Position numbers and translations under genes: made by a program
The notes under the pieces: generated by a model
Databases searched by the model: none
Seen by the model: only the letters and a program-made list of their open reading frames with translations
Told to the model about the DNA's origin: nothing
Source: Chthoniobacterales bacterium
Lineage (GTDB): Bacteria > Verrucomicrobiota > Verrucomicrobiia > Chthoniobacterales > JACTMZ01
Direction: 5' to 3'
NCBI GenBank assembly: GCA_018402585.1
Contig: JAGYIO010000002.1
Coordinates: forward strand, 224,406-288,405
Length of the DNA: 64,000 nt
In this document: positions 18,881-28,849 of the stretch, one piece after another
How the letters are laid out: each line of letters opens with the position of its first letter
Numbering within the stretch: position 1 is the first letter of the stretch

Positions 18881-20395
18881 TTACTCCCACTCGATGCCGG
18901 CGGGAGGTTTGGTGGAGATGTCGTAGAGGACACGGTTGATGCCGGGGACGCGGTTGAGGATGTCCTTGGAGACGCGGGCCAGCACTTCGGCCGGCAGCGG
19001 GACCCAATCGGCGGTCATGGCGTCGACGCTGGTCACGGCACGGAGGCTGACCGCCTCCTCGTAGGTGCGCTCGTCGCCTTTGACCCCGACAGTGCGGACG
19101 GGCAGGAGGGCGGTACCGGCTTGCCAGACTTTGTCATAGCATCCGCTGCGTTTCAACTCGCCGATGAAAATGGCATCGGCCGCGCGGCAGACCTCGAGAC
19201 GGGCCGGGGTGATTTCTCCGATCACCCGGACGGCCAGTCCGGGGCCGGGGAAGGGGTGGCGGTGGAGCATGTCGTGCGGAATGTTGAGGGCCGCGCCGAG
19301 TTCGCGGACTTCATCCTTGAAGAGTTCGGCCAGGGGTTCGAGGAGCCGTCCTTCGGACTGCAGTTCGAGGATGCGGTCGACGCGGTTGTGATGGGTTTTG
19401 ATCCGCGAGGCCTTGGACCCGCTGGTGGCGCTTTCGATCACGTCGGGGTAAAGCGTGCCTTGGGCGAGGAGTTCGATTTGTCCGGCCTGACGGAAAAAAA
19501 CGTCGATGAATTCATCGCCAATGCGGCGGCGTTTTTCTTCCGGATCGGTGATGCCGGCCAGGCGGCCGAGGAACCGGTCGGTCGCATCAACCCGGTCGAT
19601 GCCGATGCCAAGCCGCTCAAATTGCGCGACGACCTCGTCGCCCTCGTCGCGGCGGAGGAGCCCGTTGTCGACAAAGATGGGATGCATGTCGGCGCCGGCC
19701 TCCTTGAGCAGCATGGCGAGCACGGTGGAATCGACGCCTCCGGAAACCGCGCAGACCACTTTGCGTCCGGCGACCTGTTCGCGGGTCTCGGCGATGAGCT
19801 GTTCCTTGAAGCGGTCCATGGTGAAAGCGGGCGCTTCGCCGGAGAGGTCGAGGAAGTTGCGCAGAATTTCCGTGCCGTATTCGGTGTGGCTGACTTCGGG
19901 ATGGAATTGGATGCCGAAGAAGCGATCGTTCCAGCGCACGGCCACCGGTGTGCCGCGCGGGTTGACCGCGAGCACCTCGCAGCCCGGCGGCAACTCGGAG
20001 ACGCTGTCCGAGTGGCTCATCCAGATGGTGCTCTGCGCCGGGAGATTCTTGAGCAGGGTATCGGGGTGTCGCACGTCCATGGTGACCGGCCCATATTCCC
20101 GGTCGCCGCAGTGCGCCACGGTGCCGCCGAATTTGCGGTTGAGCAGTTGCATGCCGTAGCAGACGCCGAGGACGGGGCAGCCGAGCGACTGCAGGCGGTC
20201 GAAATCAACGTCGGGGGCCCCGGGTTCGTTGACCCGGGCGGGTCCGCCCGAAAGCACGACGGCCGCGGGGCGGTCGAGGTCATCCCAATGCCCCGGCAGG
20301 TAGAGCTTGGCGAAGTAGCCGAGCCCGCGCAGGCGGCGGACGATGAGTTGGGAGTATTGGGAGCCGTAGTCGATGACGGCGATTTGGGTGCGCAT
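18881..20395 (-). CDS. guaA: GMP synthase (glutamine-hydrolysing)
   Basis: 504 aa. GATase-1 domain (VLGVCYGMQL, HPE), ATP-PPase P-loop AVSGGVDSTV, and the canonical C-terminal end ...PPAGIEWE. Confidence 0.95.
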   Translation of the reverse strand: MRTQIAVIDYGSQYSQLIVRRLRGLGYFAKLYLPGHWDDLDRPAAVVLSGGPARVNEPGAPDVDFDRLQSLGCPVLGVCYGMQLLNRKFGGTVAHCGDREYGPVTMDVRHPDTLLKNLPAQSTIWMSHSDSVSELPPGCEVLAVNPRGTPVAVRWNDRFFGIQFHPEVSHTEYGTEILRNFLDLSGEAPAFTMDRFKEQLIAETREQVAGRKVVCAVSGGVDSTVLAMLLKEAGADMHPIFVDNGLLRRDEGDEVVAQFERLGIGIDRVDATDRFLGRLAGITDPEEKRRRIGDEFIDVFFRQAGQIELLAQGTLYPDVIESATSGSKASRIKTHHNRVDRILELQSEGRLLEPLAELFKDEVRELGAALNIPHDMLHRHPFPGPGLAVRVIGEITPARLEVCRAADAIFIGELKRSGCYDKVWQAGTALLPVRTVGVKGDERTYEEAVSLRAVTSVDAMTADWVPLPAEVLARVSKDILNRVPGINRVLYDISTKPPAGIEWE

Positions 20396-20400
20396 GGAAG

Positions 20401-21858
20401 TCAGGACGAGTGATAGTTGACCGGCTCTTCGGTGATGGTGACGTCGTGCGGATGGCTTTCCCGCAATCCGGCCGCGGTGACTTGCATGAAGGTGGCTTTG
20501 GCGCGCAATTCGGCAAGGTTCGCCGCGCCGACGTAGCCCATGCCGGCCCGGAGTCCGCCCATGAGATGGAAGACGAGTTCGCCCAGCGCTCCCCGGTAGG
20601 GAATGCGGGCCTCGACCCCTTCGGGCACGAATTTGGCGGCGCCTTCCTGTCCGTAACGGTCGCGGGAGCCTTTGGCCAAAGCCCCGGCCGACCCCATGCC
20701 GCGGTATTCTTTGAAAGTGCGGCCCTGCCAGCGGGCGAGCTTGCCGGGACTTTCCTCGGTGCCGGCGAGGAGGGAGCCGAGCATGACCGCATCCGCCCCG
20801 GCGGCGAGGGCTTTAACGATGTCGCCGGAGTAACGGATGCCGCCGTCGGCGATGAGCGGAATGCCGCGTTCGCGGCAGACGCGCGAAACGGTGCGGATGG
20901 CGGTGAATTGCGGTGTGCCGACGCCCGCGATGACCCGCGTGGTGCAGATCGAGCCGGGGCCGACGCCGACCTTGATTGCGGCGGCGCCGGCGGCAATGAG
21001 ATCCGCTGCTCCTTCCGCGGTGACCACGTTGCCGGCGATGACCGGGATGCCGGACCAGCGGCCGGCGCATTTCTCGAGCTGGGCAAGCAGAGATTCGGTG
21101 TGGCCGGTCGCGGCATCGATCGCGATGACATCGCAGCCGGCTTCGACCAGAGCATCACCCGCTTCGAGCGCGCGCGGTCCCACGCCGATGGCCGCGCCGA
21201 CACGAAGGCGTCCTTCGCCGTCCTTGCTCGCTTCTCCATGCTGCATGGTTTTGACCATATCCGAGGCGGTCATCAGTCCGACGAGGTGGCCGTCCGGATC
21301 GACGAGCGGCAATTTTTCGATGCGGTGACGGTGGAGGATGGCCTTGGCTTCCGCTTGGGTGCAGCCGGGAGAAGCGGTGACGAGCCGTTCGCGCGGGGTC
21401 ATGACATTGCGCACGAGAATATTTTCATCTTCTTCGACCCAGATGTCGCGGCGGGTCACGACGCCGAGCACGAGGTTTTTCCCATCGACCACGGGAAAGC
21501 CCTCGATGCCGGTCTCGCGCATGCGGCGGCGGAGTTGGCCGAGGGTGGTTTCGGGCGAGACGGTTTCGGGATGGGTGATGACGATGTTTTCCGCGCGTTT
21601 GACCCGGCGGACCATGGCGATCTGTTTTTCCAGCGGGCAGTTGCGGTGGATAATGCCGATGCCGCCCTCCCGGGCGAGGGCCATGGCCAACCGCTCCTCG
21701 GAGACGGTATCCATGGCGGCGGAAACCACGGGGATGGCCAGGCGGATGTCGCGGGTCAGGTGGGTGGTGAGGTCGGCCTGGGCGGGGAGCACCCCGCTGC
21801 GCCCCGGCACGATGGTGACGTCGTCAAAACTCAGGCCGATGGGAAGTTGGTCGTTCAT
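20401..21858 (-). CDS. guaB: IMP dehydrogenase
   Basis: 485 aa. [11 protein letters not shown] start, tandem CBS insert, catalytic loop [26 protein letters not shown] and YRGMGS. Confidence 0.95.
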   Translation of the reverse strand: MNDQLPIGLSFDDVTIVPGRSGVLPAQADLTTHLTRDIRLAIPVVSAAMDTVSEERLAMALAREGGIGIIHRNCPLEKQIAMVRRVKRAENIVITHPETVSPETTLGQLRRRMRETGIEGFPVVDGKNLVLGVVTRRDIWVEEDENILVRNVMTPRERLVTASPGCTQAEAKAILHRHRIEKLPLVDPDGHLVGLMTASDMVKTMQHGEASKDGEGRLRVGAAIGVGPRALEAGDALVEAGCDVIAIDAATGHTESLLAQLEKCAGRWSGIPVIAGNVVTAEGAADLIAAGAAAIKVGVGPGSICTTRVIAGVGTPQFTAIRTVSRVCRERGIPLIADGGIRYSGDIVKALAAGADAVMLGSLLAGTEESPGKLARWQGRTFKEYRGMGSAGALAKGSRDRYGQEGAAKFVPEGVEARIPYRGALGELVFHLMGGLRAGMGYVGAANLAELRAKATFMQVTAAGLRESHPHDVTITEEPVNYHSS

Positions 21859-22646
21859 TAGTCATGGGCCGGAAAGCGTCCGGCAGCGCGGTTGATGGTG
21901 CGGCGGAATTCATCGGCCGCCCGCGCGATCTGCGCGGGGCCGTCCGCCGGGTAAAGAATGGAGCGTGAGGCGTTGACCAACCAGGGGGCTTGCCGCGCGC
22001 CGAGTCCGGCCAGCGCCTTGGCCTCACCGCCTTGCGCCCCGAGGCCGGGCACAAGCAGCGGGATGTCGGGCAGCGCGGCAAAGTCGGCCCCATTCTGGTG
22101 GGTCAGCCCCATCACGGCGCCGAGGGTGGCCGGGCCGAGCGAAGTTTCTCCGCAAAGATCGACGAAAACGCGCCAAAGAGGACGATCGCCGAGGTCCCGG
22201 GCGAGAAAGTCGGCCGAACCCGGGTTGGAGGTGAGCCCGAGCAGATAGGCGCCTTTGCTTTCATCGGTCAGAAACGGACGCAGCGAGTCGCGTCCGAGCA
22301 GGGCGTTGAGGGTGACCGCGTCGGCCCGCATGACATCAAAGTAGGCGCGGGCATACATGGCCTGCGTGTCGGGAATGTCGGAACGTTTGGCGTCGAGAAT
22401 GACCGGGATGCCGGCGGGCACCATGTCGCGCAGACCTTCGACCAGGCGGTAGCCGTCGGAGCCCATGGCTTCGAAGAAAGCGATGTTGGGTTTGTAGGCG
22501 GCGGCATACTCCGCGGTCTCGCCGATGACGCGACGAAGGAAGTCGGCGACCGGACCGTCAATTTTTCCCGGCAGCGGATCCAGCCCGACGCAAAGATGCG
22601 AGCAGCGTGTCTCGATGGATTGCCCGAGCAGTTCGCGATAAGTCAT
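21858..22646 (-). CDS. pyrF: Orotidine-5'-phosphate decarboxylase (type 2)
   Basis: 262 aa. Motifs: LCVGLDP, KPNIAFFE, VILDAKRSDIPDT and SRSILY. Its stop overlaps the guaB ATG by 1 nt. Confidence 0.9.
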   Translation of the reverse strand: MTYRELLGQSIETRCSHLCVGLDPLPGKIDGPVADFLRRVIGETAEYAAAYKPNIAFFEAMGSDGYRLVEGLRDMVPAGIPVILDAKRSDIPDTQAMYARAYFDVMRADAVTLNALLGRDSLRPFLTDESKGAYLLGLTSNPGSADFLARDLGDRPLWRVFVDLCGETSLGPATLGAVMGLTHQNGADFAALPDIPLLVPGLGAQGGEAKALAGLGARQAPWLVNASRSILYPADGPAQIARAADEFRRTINRAAGRFPAHD

Positions 22647-23938
22647 GACTGTTTTCTCCCGAGCAAAAGTTCAGCACCGAGTACCACTTGGACCACGGCC
22701 CCCGGCAGGGTTTGGCCGATAAAGGGTGTATTGCGGCTTTTCGACTCCATGGTATCGGCGGAAAGGTGGGTGGACGATTCCGGGTCGAAGAGGATGAAAT
22801 CGGCCGGCCGGCCTTCCGCAAAATCCGCGGCCTCGAGGCCGAGGATGCGGCGGGGTTCGCGGGAGAAGGCGCGGATGAGAATGTCCCAGGGCAGCCGGCC
22901 GGTCCGCACCAACCGGCTGAAGAGGGAAGGAAGGGCGGTTTCCAGTCCGATGATGCCGAACGGGGCGGAGGCAAAATCGAGATTCTTCTCAAACTCGGTG
23001 TGCGGGGCGTGGTCGGTGGCGAGGACATCGATCGATCCGTCAAGCAGTCCGTCAAGCAGGGCCCCGGTGTCTTCCACGGTGCGGAGCGGCGGGTTCATTT
23101 TGAAGTTGGTGTCATAGTCCGTGATGTCATCCTCGCTGAGCAGGAGGTGGTGAGGGCTGACTTCGCAGGTCACGCGAACCCCGTCTGCTTTGGCCCGCCG
23201 GATAATCTCGAGTCCGCGGGCGGTCGAGACGTGCTGGATATGGATGCGTCCGCCCGCCAGGCGGGCCAGTTGCAGGTCGCGGGCGATGCTGATTTCCTCG
23301 CTGCAAGCGGGGATGCCGGGCAGACCGAGCCGGTAGGAGCGGGCGCCCTCGTTCATCGCACCGCCACGGCTCAGCTCGGGCACTTCGCAATGGCAGGCCA
23401 CGAGCAGGTCGAAGTGCCGGGCATATTCAAGGGCGCGGCGGAAAAGGTAGGCGTCGGCCACCGGGTCGCCGTCATCGGTGATCATGACCGCCCCCTGTTG
23501 TTGCATGTCGGCAATGTCGGCCAGCTGCCGGCCGGCGCGGCCCTTGGTGATGCAGCCGGAAGTCCAGACCGGCACGGGCGATTGCTCACGGGCCAGAGTG
23601 CGGACGTAACGGACAAGTCCGCCGCTGTCGATCGGCGGGTCGGTATTGGGCATGGCCACGATGCCGGTGAAGCCGCCGCGCGCGGCGGCCCGTCCCCCGC
23701 TCCCGATCGTTTCTTCATCCTCGCGCCCTGGCTCGCGCAAATGTACGTGCATGTCGAAGAGCCCGGGGAGGAGAATTTTTCCGGTGCAGTCGACGGCTTC
23801 GACCCCGGCGGCGGGTTTGATCTCCGGCGAGGCGCGTTCGATTTTTCCCTCCGCATTCACGAGAATATCGAGCCGCCGTGGCGCAGCGTGGTCGGCATCG
23901 ACGGCGAGTCCGCCGTGGAACAAACGCGGTCTGCTCAT
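22643..23938 (-). CDS. pyrC: Dihydroorotase
   Basis: Start at ATG 23938 (ATGA overlap with the pyrB stop). Metal-binding DMHVHLREPG, plus later HIQHVST and ATDHAPH motifs. The N-terminal extension of the longer ORF lies inside pyrB and is rejected. Confidence 0.9.
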   Translation of the reverse strand: MSRPRLFHGGLAVDADHAAPRRLDILVNAEGKIERASPEIKPAAGVEAVDCTGKILLPGLFDMHVHLREPGREDEETIGSGGRAAARGGFTGIVAMPNTDPPIDSGGLVRYVRTLAREQSPVPVWTSGCITKGRAGRQLADIADMQQQGAVMITDDGDPVADAYLFRRALEYARHFDLLVACHCEVPELSRGGAMNEGARSYRLGLPGIPACSEEISIARDLQLARLAGGRIHIQHVSTARGLEIIRRAKADGVRVTCEVSPHHLLLSEDDITDYDTNFKMNPPLRTVEDTGALLDGLLDGSIDVLATDHAPHTEFEKNLDFASAPFGIIGLETALPSLFSRLVRTGRLPWDILIRAFSREPRRILGLEAADFAEGRPADFILFDPESSTHLSADTMESKSRNTPFIGQTLPGAVVQVVLGAELLLGRKQS

Positions 23939-24909
23939 GAGGCGACCTCCTCTTTGTCGTCGGGCAACGGGGTGACCGCGGGCTGCAGCCAGTAGAGCAC
24001 GGCCATGCGGGCAGCGATGCCGTTTTCCACTTGGCGGTTGATCAGGCAGTGTTCGTAGGTGAGAACTTCGTCGACCAGTTCGACCCCGCGGTTGACCGGG
24101 CCGGGATGCATAATGCGGATGCCGCGGCGGCGGCAGGCTAGGAAGCGCTCGCGGGTCAGGCCGAAGACATGGTGGTATTCGCGCAGGCTGGGGAAGAAAT
24201 GGGCGGCTTGCCGTTCGCGCTGCAGGCGGAGGAGGTAAATAAAATCGGGCGACCACTCGAGAGCCTCCTCAAAGGTGTTGAAGGCCTGCATGTAGTCGGG
24301 GCGGCCGGAGGGGATGAGAGTTGTCGGGGCGAAGATGCCGACTTCCATCTCCAATTTACGCGCCACCGTGCTGACCGAACGGAAGACGCGCGAGTGCAGC
24401 AAGTCGCCGACAAGCAGAATGCGCCGGCCGGCCAATTCGCCCACGGCCTCGCGCATGGTGAAAGCGTCGAGCAGGGCCTGGGTGGGGTGCGCGTGGTTGC
24501 CGTCGCCGGCGTTGATCACGGCGGCCGGGGTATGACGCGCGATGAAGGCGGGTACGCCGGCCGCGGCGTGGCGCACAACCATATAATCGACCTTCATCGA
24601 CTGCATGGTATCGACCGTGTCGAGAATGGACTCCCCTTTGCTCACGCTCGACTGGGTGATGGCCAAATTGGTCACGTCAGCCGAAAGTCGTTTGGCCGCG
24701 ATTTCAAAGGAAGCCCGGGTCCGGGTGGAGGGCTCGAAAAAGAGATTGAGCACCGTCTTGCCGCGCAGGGCGGGGACTTTTTTGACCGAACGGTCGAAGA
24801 GGTCTTTGAATGGACGCGCGGAATCGAGGAGAAAGACAATCTCCTCCGGCGCGAGGCTCTCGATATCGAGCAGGTCCTTGCGCCGGGCCGGTGCGGCAAC
24901 TGTGTTCAT
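23935..24909 (-). CDS. pyrB: Aspartate carbamoyltransferase catalytic subunit
   Basis: Start at ATG 24909 (MNTVAAPARRKDLLDIESL). Motifs: STRTRASFE, HPTQALLD, HSRV and HPGPVNRGVE. Confidence 0.95.
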   Translation of the reverse strand: MNTVAAPARRKDLLDIESLAPEEIVFLLDSARPFKDLFDRSVKKVPALRGKTVLNLFFEPSTRTRASFEIAAKRLSADVTNLAITQSSVSKGESILDTVDTMQSMKVDYMVVRHAAAGVPAFIARHTPAAVINAGDGNHAHPTQALLDAFTMREAVGELAGRRILLVGDLLHSRVFRSVSTVARKLEMEVGIFAPTTLIPSGRPDYMQAFNTFEEALEWSPDFIYLLRLQRERQAAHFFPSLREYHHVFGLTRERFLACRRRGIRIMHPGPVNRGVELVDEVLTYEHCLINRQVENGIAARMAVLYWLQPAVTPLPDDKEEVAS

Positions 24910-25454
24910 GGTTGCGCGGCGGGATGGGTGAGGAAAACGCCGTCGCGTCCGTCGGTTTCGCGGAAGCAAACGCGCACGTGGTCCTGACGTAAGGTGGGGA
25001 TCGATTGCCCGAGATAATCCGGCGCGATGGGCAACTCGCGGTGTCCGCGGTCGACAAGCACGGCAAGTTCGATGCGGGCGGGGCGGCCGTAGTCGACCAG
25101 TTCGTCGAGAGCGGCGCGGATGGTGCGCCCGGTGAAAAGGACATCGTCAAAGAGGATAATCTGCGCGCCTTGGACCGGGAAGGAGAGGTCGGAGCCGCGG
25201 ATGGAGGGAATGGTGCCGAGGTTGTCGAGGTCGTCGCGGTAGAGGGCGATGTCGAGGGTGCCGAACGAGGTGTTGCGTCCGCGGGCGCGGAGGAGGTCAA
25301 AGACACGGCGGCAGAGGACGGCGCCGCGGGTGTGGATCCCAACCAGGGCCAAAGAATGGTCGGGATGCGTCTCGATGATTTGTGCCGCGATGCGTTCGAT
25401 TTTGTCACGGATAGCGGGTGCCGCGAGCAGGGATATTTCGCCCGTCTCGCTCAT
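24906..25454 (-). CDS. pyrR: Bifunctional pyrimidine operon regulator / uracil phosphoribosyltransferase PyrR
   Basis: 182 aa from ATG 25454. PRPP-binding loop IILFDDVLFTGRT and PyrR-type LVGIHTRG. The stop overlaps the pyrB start. Confidence 0.9.
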   Translation of the reverse strand: MSETGEISLLAAPAIRDKIERIAAQIIETHPDHSLALVGIHTRGAVLCRRVFDLLRARGRNTSFGTLDIALYRDDLDNLGTIPSIRGSDLSFPVQGAQIILFDDVLFTGRTIRAALDELVDYGRPARIELAVLVDRGHRELPIAPDYLGQSIPTLRQDHVRVCFRETDGRDGVFLTHPAAQP

Positions 25455-25793
25455 GGCAGGGACACTGAGTGGCGTCGGTCGGCGGGGCAGCGGTGCATGG
25501 GCGGGTGGCGGTGGGTTTATTTGCCGGCCGGCCGTGAGAGGTCTCTTGGAGGCGCCGGCGCAGACGGCCGACGGGTGGACCGGGCCGCCCTTGCGGGCTG
25601 GCGGCGCGACCTCCGTGTCCACCCATCGAGAGAATATTGCGGTCTTCCCGTCGAGACTCCCGCACCGATCAGCGGATTTATATGGGCGTGTTATCAGCTT
25701 AAAACTATCGACCTGCGGGAGAGGAAAAAAAAGAAAAAACCACCCGGTTGGCGCGTGCTTGCATCCGGCGGGCGGATATCTGATTGCTGGGAG

Positions 25794-26804
25794 ATGGTGC
25801 TTTACCGGTTCCTGCGTCCGTTTTTCTTTCTCCTGCCGCCTGAGGTGGCTCACGGCCTGGCTTTGGCCGGCTTGGAAGCGGCCTGGCGGACGGGGTTTTT
25901 GCGGGCGCCGCGGGGTGGCCCGCCGGTCGAGGTGATGGGTCTGTCTTTTCCTAATCGGCTGGGTTTGGCCGCAGGGATGGACAAAGATGCGCGCCATGTC
26001 GGGGCCTGGGGGGCGCTGGGGTTTGGCTTTGTCGAAGTCGGCACGGTGACTCCGCGCCCGCAACCGGGCAATCCCCGCCCGCGGCTCTTCCGTTTGCCGG
26101 CGGCAGATGCCTTGATCAATCGCCTGGGGTCGAACAACCAAGGCGCGGCGGCGGCGGCGGCCCGCCTGGCGCGGCGCCGGTCGGGCGGCGTGGTCGGGGT
26201 CAATATCGGCAAGAATACAACCACGCCTCCGGAAGGCGCGGTGGAGGATTTTTCAAGGGCCATGCGCATGGTCTACGGCGTGGCGGACTACATCGCGGTC
26301 AATGTTTCCTCGCCCAACACGGCCGGCTTGCGCGATTGGCAGTCCGCCGCGGCCCTCGATGCATTACTCGCCGCTTTGTTCGCGGAGCGGGAGCGATTGG
26401 CGGCGGAACACGGCAAAGTGGTGCCCTTGGCGGTGAAGTTGGCGCCTGATTTGGGGGCGGAGGACTTGGCTGCTGCGGCCGCGACCGTGGCGCGCTATCC
26501 GGTCGCTGCGGTTATTGCGACCAACACGACGGTCGAGCGCTCCGCGGTGGCTGGTTTACCCCAGGGGCAAGAAAAAGGCGGGCTAAGCGGCGCGCCGCTA
26601 CGGGAGCAGTCCACCCGCGCGGTGAAGGCCTTGCGGCAGTTGCTCCCGGCTTCGGTCGCGATCATCGGGGTGGGAGGAATTCTTGGTGCGGCGGATGCGC
26701 GGGAAAAGATCCGGGCCGGGGCCGACCTGGTGCAAATTTACACGGGGCTGGTTTATCGCGGACCGGGTTTGGTTCGCGAAATCGCGGGCGGGCTGGCAGG
26801 CTGA
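25794..26804 (+). CDS. pyrD: Dihydroorotate dehydrogenase (quinone), class 2
   Basis: Start at ATG 25794 (MVLYRFLRPFFFLLPPEVAH). Motifs: GLAAGMDK, GFVEVGTVTP, INRLGSNN, NVSSPNT, GLSGAP and IGVGGI. The upstream part of the 599-aa ORF is antisense to pyrR and is rejected. Confidence 0.9.
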   Translation: MVLYRFLRPFFFLLPPEVAHGLALAGLEAAWRTGFLRAPRGGPPVEVMGLSFPNRLGLAAGMDKDARHVGAWGALGFGFVEVGTVTPRPQPGNPRPRLFRLPAADALINRLGSNNQGAAAAAARLARRRSGGVVGVNIGKNTTTPPEGAVEDFSRAMRMVYGVADYIAVNVSSPNTAGLRDWQSAAALDALLAALFAERERLAAEHGKVVPLAVKLAPDLGAEDLAAAAATVARYPVAAVIATNTTVERSAVAGLPQGQEKGGLSGAPLREQSTRAVKALRQLLPASVAIIGVGGILGAADAREKIRAGADLVQIYTGLVYRGPGLVREIAGGLAG

Positions 26805-26815
26805 CTGGACAGACT

Positions 26816-27586
26816 ATGGGCAGAATTTTTGATCCGACAACGCGTTGGTTTGCCGGCTTCCTGCTCGCGGTGGTCATAAAATCCGCCCCGGCGGCCACGC
26901 CGCTGCCCTCCGCCCCGGCCGATTACCTGCTCGACGAAGCGGGTGTGCTCAGTGGCGCGCAAAGTTCGGTCCTGGCCTATGATCTGAAGCAGTTCGAGCG
27001 CGGGACGTCGAATCAGCTGGTGGTCGCCGTGTTTCCCCAGGTTCCGGACGATTCCGGGCTGGAGGACTTTACCCAGAGGGTGGCCGAGGCGTGGGGTGCA
27101 GGAGGCAAGAACCAGGAGAATGGGATGCTGCTTTTTGTTTTTTCCGAGTCGCGTCAATTGCGGGTCGAGGTGGGCCACGGTTTGGAAGGTGCGGTGCCCG
27201 AAGCGCTGGCCGACCGCATCATCAACGAGGAAATTGTGCCGTCTTTCCGCGCCGGCGATCTGGGTGGGGGAATTGTTCGAGGCGCCGATGCGCTCATGGC
27301 GGCCGCGCGCGGCGAATATGAGGGCGCCGGCAGGCTGGTGGGTGAGGGATCGGTGAGACACGAGGTGGTGGCTGGATTCGTGTTCTGGATGATTTTGATC
27401 ATTGTTCTGATCGTGGTGATCCAGCGCAGCCACGGGCGCGGCGGGACAGTTTACACTCCGCGCGGACGCCGCGACCTGTTTTTCCCGGGCGGAGGCTTTG
27501 GGGGCGGAGGCTTTCGTGGGGGCGCCGGTGGTTTCTCCGGCGGTGGTGGAGGATTTGGCGGGGGCGGAGCGGGCGGGAGATGGTGA
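26816..27586 (+). CDS. TPM-domain protein (YgcG-like) with TM helix and Gly-rich tail
   Basis: Signal/anchor, then a TPM phosphatase-like domain (LDEAGVLS...NQLVVAVF...GMLLFVFSESRQLRVEVGHGLEG). A TM segment FVFWMILIIVLIVVI follows, then a GGGFGGGG tail. Confidence 0.8.
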   Translation: MGRIFDPTTRWFAGFLLAVVIKSAPAATPLPSAPADYLLDEAGVLSGAQSSVLAYDLKQFERGTSNQLVVAVFPQVPDDSGLEDFTQRVAEAWGAGGKNQENGMLLFVFSESRQLRVEVGHGLEGAVPEALADRIINEEIVPSFRAGDLGGGIVRGADALMAAARGEYEGAGRLVGEGSVRHEVVAGFVFWMILIIVLIVVIQRSHGRGGTVYTPRGRRDLFFPGGGFGGGGFRGGAGGFSGGGGGFGGGGAGGRW

Positions 27587-27587
27587 C

Positions 27588-28016
27588 ATGAATGCGGCGG
27601 AATTTCTTGACCTCATTGATGAGGCGGCCGTGCTGGCCGCGGTGCGCGAGGCGGAGCAACTTACTTCGGGTGAGGTGCGGGTGTTCGTTTCACGTCGACG
27701 GCTGCGGGGACGCACGGCTTACGAGCGGGCTTGCGCGGAATTTCAGTGGCTTGATACGGACACCACGGATGACCGGGCTATGGTGCTTTTCTATGTGGCG
27801 CCACGCGACCGGGCTTTTGCCCTGATCGGGGATAGAGCAGTGCACCTGAATTGCGGCCAGCGCTTCTGGGATGAGGCGGCGAAAATTCTGGAAGCTGAAT
27901 TTGCCGAGGGGCGATTCACGGGTGGACTGGTGGCGGGAATCCGCCGGGCGGGGGATTTGCTCGCGGAACATTTTCCCCGGCGCGGTGAGGATCGCGACGA
28001 GTTGCCGGACGCTTGA
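27588..28016 (+). CDS. TPM-domain protein (cytosolic-type second copy)
   Basis: ATG lies 1 nt after the preceding stop. SGEVRVFV...AMVLFYVAPRDRAFALIGD...GLVAGIRRAG matches the TPM/TLP18.3-like pattern. Confidence 0.7.
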   Translation: MNAAEFLDLIDEAAVLAAVREAEQLTSGEVRVFVSRRRLRGRTAYERACAEFQWLDTDTTDDRAMVLFYVAPRDRAFALIGDRAVHLNCGQRFWDEAAKILEAEFAEGRFTGGLVAGIRRAGDLLAEHFPRRGEDRDELPDA

Positions 28017-28039
28017 GTCCGGGGTTGAGGCGCCGTCCG

Positions 28040-28849
28040 TCATTCCACGGCGGCGCCGGCCCCGAGCATTTTTTCGAAAAGCCCGTTGAGCGACGAGGCG
28101 GGCAGGCGGAGCGCTTCCTGTCCTTCGGACGGTTGCCACGCGCTGGCCGCCAATTCGCCGGCGAAGTCGAGTTTCTCGATCTCCAGGTCGAGCTCACCTT
28201 GCGGGGTGGTGACCACCAAGCGGGTCGGTTGGCGGTTTTCCCCAATCCAAGCCCGGCCGATGAATTCTTCCGCCTTGATCGCCTCGCGTAATTGCGGGAG
28301 GAGGCCGAACTGAAGCACGCGGCGCTGGGGGTTTTCCTCCGTGCCGAGATCCTTCACATCGAAGACGAGCGGCAGGAAGGACAACATCTGCGGGTCCAAA
28401 GCGAGGGGGATGAGCGGAGGTGAGGTGGTGTCCGGGGCTTGGTCGGTGGTGTCGAAGCCGGCCGCTTGGGCCAGCACGGTCATGGGTTCGGCCGGCACAG
28501 CCCAGAGTTCCTTGCCGTTGCGGCAGGCGGTGAAGAGGGTGGTACTACCCTCGCGGACCAGATCAATGCGGAAGCGGTCCGGGGCCTGCACCGCGAGGCG
28601 CAGACGTGTGCCCGCGGCGGCGGCGAGCGGTCCGCTGCCGCCATTAACCAGGCACTCGGCCACCATGGCTTGGGTCGGGCCACCGGCGGAACCAAGCAGG
28701 GCCGCGGCAATGGGGGCCAGCGCCTGCCCGAAGACTTCGTAAGCGGTTTCGTCCGCCGCACGGGCCGGCAGGGCTGACCAAAGGGTCAACCCAATGGCGA
28801 CGATCTTGCACGCGGCGCGGCGGGATCTAAGATGGGCGGGGTCAACCAT
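28040..28849 (-). CDS. Secreted hypothetical protein, LolA-like fold suspected
   Basis: ATG 28849 gives the signal peptide MVDPAHLRSRRAACKIVAIGLTLWSALPARA/AD. The C-terminal half alternates beta-like segments, as in LolA/LppX-type carriers. This is a weak assignment from memory. Confidence 0.5.
   Translation of the reverse strand: MVDPAHLRSRRAACKIVAIGLTLWSALPARAADETAYEVFGQALAPIAAALLGSAGGPTQAMVAECLVNGGSGPLAAAAGTRLRLAVQAPDRFRIDLVREGSTTLFTACRNGKELWAVPAEPMTVLAQAAGFDTTDQAPDTTSPPLIPLALDPQMLSFLPLVFDVKDLGTEENPQRRVLQFGLLPQLREAIKAEEFIGRAWIGENRQPTRLVVTTPQGELDLEIEKLDFAGELAASAWQPSEGQEALRLPASSLNGLFEKMLGAGAAVE

Noticed and set aside
18617-21861. Long plus-strand ORFs (18617-20413, 20410-21861) opposite guaA and guaB
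   Set aside because: They are mirror ORFs of highly conserved minus-strand genes. Their products are low-complexity (G/A/D/R-rich) and match no family.
25723-25790. Minus-strand hairpin (CCGCCCG...CGGGUGG) followed by U6CU8, resembling an intrinsic terminator
   Set aside because: No minus-strand gene lies upstream of it, because pyrD is on the plus strand. It therefore has nothing to terminate apart from possible antisense transcription. It is noted only as part of the pyrR/pyrD spacer.
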